Positions 16,983-26,447 of a DNA stretch of 63,184 nt are shown piece after piece. The stretch comes from an uncultured Actinomycetota bacterium (GTDB lineage Bacteria > Actinomycetota > Humimicrobiia > Humimicrobiales > Humimicrobiaceae). The stretch lies in NCBI GenBank assembly GCA_964387355.1, contig CAYLWJ010000104.1, forward strand, positions 1 through 63,184. The letters are read 5' to 3'. The notes under the pieces are model-generated. The model was not told where the DNA came from and ran no database searches. It was given only the letters and a program-made list of their open reading frames with translations. The first letter of the stretch is position 1; each line of letters begins with the position of its first letter. The translations under genes were made by a program, and so were the position numbers.

Positions 16983-17969
16983 TTATAAAAAAATTTTTTT
17001 TGCGTTACAAATTGCATCTAAATTTAAACTATAAGCTAGTGAAATTTCACAATGAACGGAAAAACCGCAGTCCTTACAGGAAATATTTTTAACTTTATTT
17101 TTTAAGTAACAACCATAAGAAATACTGCCATCAAATTCAACACTTGCAACTAAAAAGTCTAAACATTTCCATGAATTATTTTTCATTTTAGTAAGTGCTG
17201 CTGAAGAGTTTAATAATTTAAGATTTTGTTTCTTTAATTCTAATAATTTATTAATTACGTCTTCTTTTTCATTTTGAGAAAGAGTTAAATTTGGAAGGTT
17301 TTCAAAAGGGTAAAAAAACTGGACTGTGATCCCATAAACTTTATCATTAAGAAATTTTATTAAATCTTCAAACTTATCTATATTAATTTTAGAAATACAT
17401 ATATTTACTATTATCTTTTTGTTTTTATTAGCTTCTATATTCTCTAATATCTTATCAAAACTTTTTCCTCTAATTTTGTCGTGGGTATCTTTTAAACCAT
17501 CAATGCTTACAAAAAAAATATCAGGATCATAGTTTGATAAATCTATTGTTCCATTTGTTGTAACACCTGTAATAAAAAATAGCTTTTTAGAATATTTTAT
17601 AACATCATTAATATCCTTGTTATTTTTTAAGTCCTTCCATAAAAGAGGTTCACCACCTTCAAATATAATAATTTTAATGCCATCTTTTTTTAATCTATTT
17701 AAAATTTGTGTAACTTTGCTAAAGTCAAGATTTTGCCCACCATTAAGTTTTTGTGTTTTAATTTTTTGTGTATTAATTTTCCAGAACGGGCAGTGCAGGC
17801 ATTTAAGATTGCATTTTTGGGTTATCTTAAAGCTAGTTATTAAAGGCAGTCTAAATTTTTTAAATAAAGCAGCTTTGATTTTATATAATAATAAAAAAGC
17901 TGTAATCTTTAAAAAAGCTATAATTTTTACTTTCTTTTTTTTAATTTCAGTTTTTTTTATGTTTAACAT
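16983..17969 (-). CDS. radical SAM protein with an N-terminal TM helix and a C-terminal Cys-rich (SPASM/twitch-like) region
   Basis: CxxxCxxC 'CNLKCLHCPFW', SAM-binding-like 'IIIFEGGEPLL', and C-terminal 'CKDCGFSVHC' plus two further Cys. No partner genes are on the same strand. Confidence 0.75.
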   Translation of the reverse strand: MLNIKKTEIKKKKVKIIAFLKITAFLLLYKIKAALFKKFRLPLITSFKITQKCNLKCLHCPFWKINTQKIKTQKLNGGQNLDFSKVTQILNRLKKDGIKIIIFEGGEPLLWKDLKNNKDINDVIKYSKKLFFITGVTTNGTIDLSNYDPDIFFVSIDGLKDTHDKIRGKSFDKILENIEANKNKKIIVNICISKINIDKFEDLIKFLNDKVYGITVQFFYPFENLPNLTLSQNEKEDVINKLLELKKQNLKLLNSSAALTKMKNNSWKCLDFLVASVEFDGSISYGCYLKNKVKNISCKDCGFSVHCEISLAYSLNLDAICNAKKIFL

Positions 17970-18118
17970 GTATTGCTAAATTTGATACAATATTTTTCAG
18001 TCATTAAATTTGTTAAATTTAATATTAAATAAGTTTGATAAAAAATTATATAAAATATTATATAAAAATAATAAAATATAATAGACTATACCATTATAAT
18101 AGAAATTTAATAAATAAT

Positions 18119-18164
18119 ATAATAAGTATAAAAACATAAAGATAATAAGTATAAAAGCATAAAG
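18119..18164. repeat. 23-nt tandem duplication in the rSAM / glmU divergent intergenic region
   Basis: ataataagtataaaaacataaag (18119-18141) is followed directly by ataataagtataaaagcataaag (18142-18164), with one mismatch. Confidence 0.8.
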
Positions 18165-18290
18165 TAAAAATATAAATAAAGTGTTCTATATAAAAGATTT
18201 GTTTACATATACTCATACTTATATGTTTATACTAATAGATGTGTAAACAAATAAAAATGTAAGTAATTATTGGTATCGGTATCAAAAAAT

Positions 18291-18593
18291 ATGGGTTTTT
18301 TAAAAAATTTAAAAAATTTATTTTTTAGTCCTGTTACTTCTGGGCAGTCGAATTTTATTAATTTTAAAATCAAATGCTCAAGATGTAATGAAGAAATCTT
18401 AGTTAATTTAAGAAAGTCAAGTGACATTTCTAGGATATATGAAGATGAAGGTGGACCATCAGGTGCTTCTTTTTTTGTTAGGAAAGAAATACTTGGTTCA
18501 AAGTGTAATAATTTAATTTACTTGACTGCATATTTTGATGAAAGTTTTAATTTAATTTCTTCTGATGTATCAGGTGGTAAATTAATTGAATAA
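18291..18593 (+). CDS. hypothetical small protein, translationally coupled to glmU
   Basis: The ORF is open from the TTG at 18270; the first ATG is at 18291 (MGFLKNLKNLFF...). It contains a CSRC pair and ends 8 nt inside the glmU ORF. No family recognised. Confidence 0.45.
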   Translation: MGFLKNLKNLFFSPVTSGQSNFINFKIKCSRCNEEILVNLRKSSDISRIYEDEGGPSGASFFVRKEILGSKCNNLIYLTAYFDESFNLISSDVSGGKLIE

Positions 18594-20061
18594 AAATACA
18601 GTAAATGAAAAATCAATTGAAAATAAATTTAAAGATTTAAATATTGCTAATAAAGATTTGAGCATTATTATCCTTGCGGCAGGCAAGGGCAAAAGAATGA
18701 AATCAGATTTGCCCAAAGTGCTCCATAAAATCTGCTTTAGACCGATTATTTATTATGTTTTATCAAATGCTTATAAATTAAATCCTAAAAACGTCTTTAC
18801 AGTTGTAGGTTTTGGAAGAGATGTACTTCAGCAATATATTGAAGAAAATTTTAAAGATTGTATTTCTGTATTGCAAGAAGAACAGTTAGGCACAGCACAT
18901 GCGGTTTTGTCTGTTGAAAAACACAAAAAAGTCTTGGGTAAAGAGGTCTTAATAATTGCAGGTGATATGCCTCTTTTAAGTTATGAAACATTATTAAAAA
19001 CTCTAAAATTTAAGCATGAAAATAATTTAAATGCAGTTTTAGTAACAGCAATAGCGGAAAACCCTTACGGATATGGTCGTATAATAAAAAATAATGAGGG
19101 TAGTGTTTTAAAAATCGTTGAAGAAACTGACGCAAGCCCCAAAGAGAAAGCGATAAAAGAAGTAAACTCTTCAATATACTGCTTTGATACAGATATATTA
19201 TTTAATTATTTAAAAAGAATTAGCGCTCAAAATGCACAAAGCGAATTTTACCTAACAGATATAATTGAACTTATTTCAGCAGAAAAAAAATACAGTATTA
19301 AAAGCTATATTATTGATAATTTTTATGAAGTTGAAGGAGTTAATGATAGACTGCAGCTTTCAAAATTAGAAAAAAAATTGCAAAGAAAAATAAATGAGAA
19401 GTTAATGCTTTCAGGGGTTACAATAAGAGACCCAGATACTGTATATATTGATATTGAAGCTGAAATAGGGAAAGATACAATTATCGAACCCTTTTGTTTT
19501 ATTTCAGGAAAAACAAAGATTGGAAACAATTGCGTTATTGGACCTTTTACACAAATAAATGAAAGCATTATTGGTAATAAAACAAATATAAATAAGTCAT
19601 TTATTCAAGGCTCAACTATAGGGAATTTTAATAATATTGGACCAACAAGTTATATAAGGCCGGGAACTGTAACTGGTGATAATGTAAAAATCGGTGCATG
19701 CTGCGAAATAAAAAAATCAATTATTTCTTCAAATTCTAAAGTGCCTCATTTAAGTTATATTGGTGATGCAGAAGTAGGTAGTAATGTAAATGTAGGTGCT
19801 GCAACTGTAACATGTAATTATGATGGATTTTTTAAAAATAAAACAATAATTGAAGATAATGTATTTATAGGTTCAGACACAATGCTAGTAGCTCCAGTTA
19901 AAATAGGGAAAAATGCAATAACTGCAGCTGGCTCAGTTATTAGTGAAGATGTTCCACAAGACAGTCTCGCAATTGAAAGAACAAAACAAGTAAACATAGT
20001 TCAAGGAGCAATAAAGTTTAGAGAGAAAAAAAAGAATCAAAAAGACAATTTAAATAAATAA
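18586..20061 (+). CDS. glmU: bifunctional UDP-N-acetylglucosamine pyrophosphorylase / glucosamine-1-phosphate N-acetyltransferase
   Basis: 'ILAAGKGKRMKSDLPKVLH' nucleotidyltransferase motif and a C-terminal left-handed beta-helix hexapeptide repeat region. The SD aggtgg lies 9 nt before the TTG at 18586; an alternative TTG is at 18658. Confidence 0.9.
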   Translation: MNKNTVNEKSIENKFKDLNIANKDLSIIILAAGKGKRMKSDLPKVLHKICFRPIIYYVLSNAYKLNPKNVFTVVGFGRDVLQQYIEENFKDCISVLQEEQLGTAHAVLSVEKHKKVLGKEVLIIAGDMPLLSYETLLKTLKFKHENNLNAVLVTAIAENPYGYGRIIKNNEGSVLKIVEETDASPKEKAIKEVNSSIYCFDTDILFNYLKRISAQNAQSEFYLTDIIELISAEKKYSIKSYIIDNFYEVEGVNDRLQLSKLEKKLQRKINEKLMLSGVTIRDPDTVYIDIEAEIGKDTIIEPFCFISGKTKIGNNCVIGPFTQINESIIGNKTNINKSFIQGSTIGNFNNIGPTSYIRPGTVTGDNVKIGACCEIKKSIISSNSKVPHLSYIGDAEVGSNVNVGAATVTCNYDGFFKNKTIIEDNVFIGSDTMLVAPVKIGKNAITAAGSVISEDVPQDSLAIERTKQVNIVQGAIKFREKKKNQKDNLNK

Positions 20062-20141
20062 TTAAAAAATAAGTAAAAAAATAATTAATTTTGTTAAATT
20101 TATAAAATAAATTTAAATTAAAGAAAGTGAGGCAGTTATTT

Positions 20142-21116
20142 ATGCGGGATTATCCAAGCAATAAGAGAATGTTAATTTTTAGCGGATCAGCTCATCCTGA
20201 ACTTTCAGAAAAAATTGCTCAAAATCTTGGAGTTTCTTTAGGAAAAGTTATAAGAACAAAATTTAAAAATGGAGAAATCTATATTAAGTTTGAAGAAAGT
20301 GTCAGAGGTGCGGATGTATTTGTAATTCAGCCTTGCGGTGATCCTGTAAATGATAATTTAATGGAGCTATTAATAATGATAGATGCTTTAAAAAGAGCGT
20401 CAGCATCAATGATAAACTGTGTAGTTCCTCATTTTCCATATGCAAGACAGGATAAAAAAGCAGAAGGAAGAGAACCAATTACAGCAAAATTAGTAGCAGA
20501 CCTTTTAACTGTAGCTGGCATGGATAGAATGATTGCCACTGATTTGCATACTGCTACAATCCAAGGGTTTTTTGATGTACCTGTTGATCATATAACAGCT
20601 ATTCCAATAATTGCAAATTATTTTAAAACAAAAAATATAAAGAATGGTGTTGTTGTAAGCCCAGATGTTGGAGGAGTTAAAAGAGCTTCAATTTTTGCAA
20701 ATCAGCTTCATTTTCCACTTGCAATTTTAGATAAAATAAGGCCAGGCCCTAATATGGCAAAAATTGATCATTTAGTAGGTGATGTGGATGGAAAGGAAGC
20801 AATAATTTTTGATGATATGATTGATACAGGGGGAACTATTTGTGAAGCTATTGATGTGCTTTTTAAATTTAATGTAAAAAAAGTTTATGTTGGTGCTACT
20901 CACCCTGTTTTCTCGGGAAATGCTTTAGAAAAACTTCAGTGTTCAAAAGCTGAAGAAATAGTTGTTGCTGATACTTTGCCTATAAAAAATAATCTAAATA
21001 GTCTAAATAGCAAAATTATTGTGGTTTCTATTGCACAACTTCTTGCAAAAACAATAAAAAAGATTTATCATTGCAACTCTGTAAGTGAGTTATTTAAGGG
21101 CGAAAATTTAGTTTAA
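20142..21116 (+). CDS. prs: ribose-phosphate pyrophosphokinase
   Basis: 'FPYARQDKK' and 'DDMIDTGGT' PRPP-binding motifs. The ATG at 20142 is preceded by gtgagg; the tracker's GTG at 20127 probably lies in the SD. Confidence 0.9.
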   Translation: MRDYPSNKRMLIFSGSAHPELSEKIAQNLGVSLGKVIRTKFKNGEIYIKFEESVRGADVFVIQPCGDPVNDNLMELLIMIDALKRASASMINCVVPHFPYARQDKKAEGREPITAKLVADLLTVAGMDRMIATDLHTATIQGFFDVPVDHITAIPIIANYFKTKNIKNGVVVSPDVGGVKRASIFANQLHFPLAILDKIRPGPNMAKIDHLVGDVDGKEAIIFDDMIDTGGTICEAIDVLFKFNVKKVYVGATHPVFSGNALEKLQCSKAEEIVVADTLPIKNNLNSLNSKIIVVSIAQLLAKTIKKIYHCNSVSELFKGENLV

Positions 21117-21166
21117 TTTAGCTTAAAGCTTAAATTTAAAAAAATATTAATTTGGGGTGGTAAAAT

Positions 21167-21856
21167 ATGAGCAGTGCAGTTTTGGCTACAGATATTAGAA
21201 ATAAGGAAGAACTAAAGAAAAATGCATCTAGGAGATTAAGAAATGCTGGATATATTCCTGCTGTAGTTTATGGTTTAAACCAAGAGCCAATTAAGGTTAA
21301 AGTAAAAGAAAAGGATTTTAAGGATGTTACCAAAGGCAGAAGTCTTGCAAATTTAATCCTAGATTTACATATTAGGATGGATGGTAAAGAGAAAAAAGAA
21401 ACAACCTTGGTTAAAGAAATTCAAAAAGATCCAATTACAGCTGAACTTCTTCATATTGATTTCATAAGAATACAGATGAAGAAAGAAGTTGAAACAGTTG
21501 TTCCAATTCATATATTAAATGAAGAAGAGTCTATTGGTGTTAAGCAGGATGGTGGTGTAATACAACATGGCTTAAGAGAGCTTCATATTATGTGTCTGCC
21601 TGCTGATATTCCAGAATATATTGAATATGATATTAAAGATCTTCATATGGGACATAACGTAAAAGTTGCTGATCTTAATCTTGGCGATAATATAAAAATA
21701 TTAAATAACCCTGAAGAAGTGGTAGTGTCAATAATTCATCCTACTCATATGGTTGTTGAGCAGCCTACTGAGGTAGAAGAGGAAGAAGAATCTTCAAAGG
21801 AGCCTGAGCTTGTAGAAAAGCCTAAACATTCTGCTAAAGGTGAAAAAGAAGAATAA
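21167..21856 (+). CDS. rplY: 50S ribosomal protein L25 / general stress protein Ctc
   Basis: 'RRLRNAGYIPAVVYG' N-terminus, two-domain Ctc length and an acidic C-terminal tail. It holds the conserved position between prs and pth. Confidence 0.85.
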   Translation: MSSAVLATDIRNKEELKKNASRRLRNAGYIPAVVYGLNQEPIKVKVKEKDFKDVTKGRSLANLILDLHIRMDGKEKKETTLVKEIQKDPITAELLHIDFIRIQMKKEVETVVPIHILNEEESIGVKQDGGVIQHGLRELHIMCLPADIPEYIEYDIKDLHMGHNVKVADLNLGDNIKILNNPEEVVVSIIHPTHMVVEQPTEVEEEEESSKEPELVEKPKHSAKGEKEE

Positions 21857-21858
21857 TA

Positions 21859-22494
21859 ATGATACTAATTGTTGGTCTTGGAAACCCTGGTAAAGAATAT
21901 TCAAATACTAGGCATAATGTCGGGTTTTTAATAGTTGACAGGCTTGCATTAAATTTAGATGTAAGTAATTTTAAGAAACGTTTTACCTCTGAATACTGCT
22001 TAGTAAGTTTTTCAGCTAATGAAAATAATAATGAAAATAATAATAATATAAATAATAGGAATATTAAAAAAGCTTCTACTTGCCTAAAAGAGGAATTACT
22101 GCTTGTAAAACCATTAACATTTGTTAATAACAGCGGTATAGCTGTCGTTAAATTTTTTAAATTTTATAAAGAAAAAATTAATAGAATTTTAATTATACAT
22201 GATGATTTAGATATAGAATTTGGTTTTATAAGATTTAAAAAAGGCGGGTCTAGTGGTGGCCATAATGGTGTTGAGTCAATTATAAGAACTTTAAATAGTG
22301 ATAATTTTGATCGGCTTAGATTTGGAATTAGCAGACCTGCAGCAAATAAAGACCCTGCGGATTATGTTCTTTCAAGTTTTAATAAAAGTGAAGAAAAGCA
22401 ACTTTTTAATTTAGTTGATTTTTCAGTAGAAGCCATAAAACAATACATTGTATATGGCATTGAATATGTGATGAATATTTATAATAAAAGATAA
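21859..22494 (+). CDS. pth: peptidyl-tRNA hydrolase with an Asn-rich insertion
   Basis: 'ILIVGLGNPGKEYSNTRHNVGF' and 'HDDLD...GGHNG' motifs. It carries the insert 'NENNNENNNNINNRNIKK'. Confidence 0.9.
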   Translation: MILIVGLGNPGKEYSNTRHNVGFLIVDRLALNLDVSNFKKRFTSEYCLVSFSANENNNENNNNINNRNIKKASTCLKEELLLVKPLTFVNNSGIAVVKFFKFYKEKINRILIIHDDLDIEFGFIRFKKGGSSGGHNGVESIIRTLNSDNFDRLRFGISRPAANKDPADYVLSSFNKSEEKQLFNLVDFSVEAIKQYIVYGIEYVMNIYNKR

Positions 22495-22638
22495 TTAAAA
22501 GATAATTAAAAGCGAGATAAAAAGTAATGAGTTGATAATCTGTTAATAGATAATAAAAAAAATTGAAGTAAAGCCCAAAAATGGAAGTAAGTCCTTATAA
22601 AAATACTTTAAATAAATATTATAATTGGCTGTTTTATT

Positions 22639-25600
22639 ATGTGTTATGAAAATTATTTTATATATAAATTTCTTAATAGCAAGTCATTTAAAAATTTTGT
22701 AAATGATTTTAATAATACTTATAAGATTGACCAAAAATTAAAAATCAAACTCCAGCCTCATAGTAGCAACGAAGTTCTGCCTAGTAGTAGCGATAAACTC
22801 AAGTATCATGATAGCCACAAAGAAATCAACATTTTAAGTGTTGAGTCAAAAGATCAAAATAATTTTATCAATGGTTTGGTTTGTGATGAAGATATTTGGC
22901 CTTTTGTTATTGCCTCTCTGTTTGTAAAGTTTAGGCTTCCTTTGTTTATTTTAACAGCAACTAATGATAGGGCTAAACAATTAAACAGAGAATTAAAAAT
23001 GCTTTTTCCTTTAAGCAGGGTTATGCATTATCCTTCATTAGGAAATTCTCAAATTTTATCTTTAATTCAAAAAACCAAATTTTCATATGACTTGCTTTCT
23101 CAAAGGTCTGAAATACTAAACAGCATTTTGGAATATAAGAACAGCAGTGATCCTTTTTTTATTACTGCAGCTGAAAACTCAATTATTGATCTTATTCCAC
23201 CAGTTGAAAGCTTTATCTCTAATTTATTGATATTAGAAAAGAATAAAGAATATGATAGGGATAAAATAATATCCAGTTTATTAAACTTAGGGTATGAAAG
23301 GGTAAATAAAGTTTACGATAAAGGTGAGTTTAGTTTTAAAGGTGATATGCTTGATATTTTTAATGTTTCTTCAGATTATCCCTGCAGAGTAGATTTCTTT
23401 GAAGATAAAATAGAAAATATTTTTTCTTATGATTTATCTAACTTTAATTTAATTGAACAAAAAACTGCATTAAAAATTTTTCCAAATGCAAATATTAGCT
23501 TAAAGCAAAATTTTGAACAAAAAGATTTAATAGAGCGAGATTTAAATAATCGAGATTTAAAAGAACAAAATTTGCAAAAGCAAGATTTACAAGGGCAAGA
23601 TTCACAAGAACAAGATTTAAAAGAGCAACACCAAAAATTTCAAAATAAAAGGAAAAATATTAGTATTATTGATTTTTTAGCAGATGCTGTTAAAGAGTTT
23701 ATATTAGTTATCTGTGACCCAATCGAAGTTGATTTAAAGTTAAAAAGTGACATTGAGTTAATATTTAGATCTTTGCAAATTGAAAAATTTGAAAAATTTG
23801 AAAAATTTGAAAAAATTGAGAAAATTGAAAATAATTTGAACAATATAATTATAAACAAGAATTTTTTAACTAAGCTAAATAAATTCCACTTTGAAACTGC
23901 CAACTTTAAAGATTTTAATTTCATTTCAGACAGAAATATTTACTTGTTAAATTTATTATCAACAAAAATAGAGAGTGAAAATTTTCATATATTTACTTTA
24001 GAAAGTGTTAAAAGACAAAAAAAATGTAAAGGAAATCCTGAGATTTTTATAGAAAACATAAAAAAAGATTTTGTTTTAAATAAAGAAGTGGCAATAGCAA
24101 TTGGCAGTGAAGATAAAGTTAATAAAATAACTAGGCTTCTTTCCCAATCAGATATTTCTTTTAATATGATATTAAATAAAAAAGCAGAAAAACAAGAAAC
24201 AACACAACTGCAGTTTAAAAATATTGTAAACATTTATAAAAACAATCTTTTAACTGGTTTTGAAGATGAAAATTTTTCTTTATATGGAGAGCTGGATATA
24301 TATCAAGAGTCTGTTTTTAAAGGTTATTTTGATAAAAATGAAGCTAAAATTTTTGAGGGCGATGATTATATTTATGATTTAAAAAAAGAAGAATTTAAAC
24401 CTGGCGATTTTGTTGTGCATAAGACACATGGAATAGGAAAATATATAGACATAGTATCAGAGCAAACTAACGGCAATAAAAAAGAGTTTTTTTTAATTGA
24501 ATATGCAAATAATGATAAATTATATGTTCCAGTATGGCAGTCAGATAGGATTCATAAATATATTGGAGATAAGAATCCAACAATATCTGAATTAAATTCA
24601 AGTCAATGGTCTAATTTAAAGAAAAAAGTTAGAAATTCAGTAAAAAAACTTGCATTTGATTTAGCCTCATTATATGCAGAAAGAAATGTAATTGAAGGCT
24701 ATGCTTTTACAGAGAATAATATCTGGCAAGAAGAGATGGAAGAGCTTTTCCCTTTTGAAGAAACTGAAGATCAAATTAAAGCAATCAATTATGTTAAACA
24801 ACTTATGGAAAAACCAAAACCTATGGATTTACTCTTATGCGGGGATGTAGGGTTTGGAAAAACAGAAGTTGCTGTTAGAGCAGCATTTAAGGCAATTATG
24901 AACTCAAAACAAGTTTTAATGTTGGTGCCAACTACCATATTAGCAGACCAACATTTTAAAACTTTTTATGAAAGATTTAAGAATTTTCCTGTTACAGTAG
25001 AAGTCCTAAGCAGATTTAAAAGTGAAAAAGAGCAAAAAATAATAATAGAAAATTTTAAAGATGGAAAAATTGATATGCTTATTGGAACGCATAGGATACT
25101 TTCTGAAGATGTTAAGCCTAAGGATTTAGGTCTAGTAATTATAGATGAAGAACAAAGGTTTGGAGTTAATGCTAAGGAGAAAATAAAACTCCTAAAGAAA
25201 AATGTAGACGTAATTACTTTAAGTGCGACACCAATCCCAAGAACTTTATATATGTCTTTAACTGGAGTGAGAGATATTTTTTTAATTGAAACCCATCCTG
25301 CAGGAAGATTTCCAATTGAAACTTTTGTAGGTGAGAAAAATGATTTGCTTATAAAAATGGCAGTAGAAAGGGAAATAAGGAGAGGTGGGCAGGTTTTTTA
25401 CATTTATAACAGAATAAAAGATATTGACCAAGTAAAAAATAAGCTTCAAATATTGTTACCTACAGTTAAAATAGCATTAACTCATGGTCAAATGGAAGGA
25501 AAAAAAATAGAAAATATAATGGAAAGCTTTATAAATAAAAAGTATGATGTTTTACTTACCACTTCTATTATTGAAAGCGGAATGGATATAAGCAATGTAA

Positions 25601-26397
25601 ATACTTTAATTGTAGAAAATGCACATCGTTTTGGTCTTTCACAATTATACCAGCTTAGAGGAAGAGTAGGGCGCTCTTACGAAAAAGCTTATGCATATTT
25701 TTTCTACCCAAAAAGAATTGTATTAAATTTGCAAGCTTTTCAGCGTTTAAAAACGTTAGCTGAATATACAGATTTAGGGTCAGGCTATAAAATTGCAATG
25801 AAAGATTTAGAAATTAGGGGCGCTGGAGAGCTTTTAGGCGCAAAACAGCATGGACATATAAATAGTGTAGGATTTGACCTTTATTGTCAGATAGTAAATG
25901 AAGAAATAGAAAAGCTAAAAGGCAAAGAAATTGAACAAGACTATAGTATACAAATAGAATTACCTGTAAGTGCATATATACCTAGAAGTTACATAAGAAA
26001 TGAAAAAGAAAGAATAAGTCTTTATAAAGATATTGGTAGCTTTAAAGAGCCAAAAGAGGCAGATAATATTATTTTTGAATTGGAAAAAAGGCATGGGGTT
26101 CTTCCTGATGCTGTAAAAAATATAATAGCAATTGGAAAAATTAAATGCCTTGCAAAGAAAGCTGAAATAGAAAAAATTATCTTTTTAAAATCAAGAGGGC
26201 TTACTATAAAAAAAGTAAATATTAATAGTTCTCAAGAAAAATTACTGATGCAAAAATATAATAATCTTTATTATAATAGTAAAAATAAAGAGATAATTTT
26301 AAAATTAAAAGACGAGGATTTAAACGTTAATGTAGTATTAAAATATCTTGATGATATAATTAAAATTATTAGTCTATCAAAATCAATAAATAAATAA
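22639..26397 (+). CDS. mfd: transcription-repair coupling factor
   Basis: CarD/RID-like 'PGDFVVHKTHGIGKY'. Superfamily-2 helicase motifs 'GDVGFGKTEVA', 'DEEQRFG', 'LSATPIPRT' and 'QLRGRVGRS', plus a TRCF C-terminal domain. The N-terminal third carries repeat insertions. Confidence 0.9.
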   Translation: MCYENYFIYKFLNSKSFKNFVNDFNNTYKIDQKLKIKLQPHSSNEVLPSSSDKLKYHDSHKEINILSVESKDQNNFINGLVCDEDIWPFVIASLFVKFRLPLFILTATNDRAKQLNRELKMLFPLSRVMHYPSLGNSQILSLIQKTKFSYDLLSQRSEILNSILEYKNSSDPFFITAAENSIIDLIPPVESFISNLLILEKNKEYDRDKIISSLLNLGYERVNKVYDKGEFSFKGDMLDIFNVSSDYPCRVDFFEDKIENIFSYDLSNFNLIEQKTALKIFPNANISLKQNFEQKDLIERDLNNRDLKEQNLQKQDLQGQDSQEQDLKEQHQKFQNKRKNISIIDFLADAVKEFILVICDPIEVDLKLKSDIELIFRSLQIEKFEKFEKFEKIEKIENNLNNIIINKNFLTKLNKFHFETANFKDFNFISDRNIYLLNLLSTKIESENFHIFTLESVKRQKKCKGNPEIFIENIKKDFVLNKEVAIAIGSEDKVNKITRLLSQSDISFNMILNKKAEKQETTQLQFKNIVNIYKNNLLTGFEDENFSLYGELDIYQESVFKGYFDKNEAKIFEGDDYIYDLKKEEFKPGDFVVHKTHGIGKYIDIVSEQTNGNKKEFFLIEYANNDKLYVPVWQSDRIHKYIGDKNPTISELNSSQWSNLKKKVRNSVKKLAFDLASLYAERNVIEGYAFTENNIWQEEMEELFPFEETEDQIKAINYVKQLMEKPKPMDLLLCGDVGFGKTEVAVRAAFKAIMNSKQVLMLVPTTILADQHFKTFYERFKNFPVTVEVLSRFKSEKEQKIIIENFKDGKIDMLIGTHRILSEDVKPKDLGLVIIDEEQRFGVNAKEKIKLLKKNVDVITLSATPIPRTLYMSLTGVRDIFLIETHPAGRFPIETFVGEKNDLLIKMAVEREIRRGGQVFYIYNRIKDIDQVKNKLQILLPTVKIALTHGQMEGKKIENIMESFINKKYDVLLTTSIIESGMDISNVNTLIVENAHRFGLSQLYQLRGRVGRSYEKAYAYFFYPKRIVLNLQAFQRLKTLAEYTDLGSGYKIAMKDLEIRGAGELLGAKQHGHINSVGFDLYCQIVNEEIEKLKGKEIEQDYSIQIELPVSAYIPRSYIRNEKERISLYKDIGSFKEPKEADNIIFELEKRHGVLPDAVKNIIAIGKIKCLAKKAEIEKIIFLKSRGLTIKKVNINSSQEKLLMQKYNNLYYNSKNKEIILKLKDEDLNVNVVLKYLDDIIKIISLSKSINK
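23515..23634 (+). repeat. in-frame 15-nt tandem repeat (8 units) inside mfd
   Basis: The units gaacaaaaagattta / atagagcgagattta / aataatcgagattta / ... encode xxxDL pentapeptides (EQKDL IERDL NNRDL KEQNL QKQDL QGQDS QEQDL KEQHQ). Confidence 0.8.
23782..23829 (+). repeat. in-frame 9-nt tandem repeat inside mfd
   Basis: gaaaaattt x3, then gaaaaaatt and gagaaaatt, encoding EKFEKFEKFEKIEKIE. Confidence 0.8.
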
Positions 26398-26447
26398 ACA
26401 AAAAATGAAATTGTAAAAATGAAAAATTACAAAGGGAAGGAAATTAA

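Noticed and set aside
18227-18427. 66-aa minus-strand ORF upstream of the radical SAM gene, considered as a possible RiPP precursor
   Set aside because: It overlaps the plus-strand ORF that is coupled to glmU and lies 260 nt from the rSAM start. It has no Cys/Ser/Thr-rich core or leader-like features.
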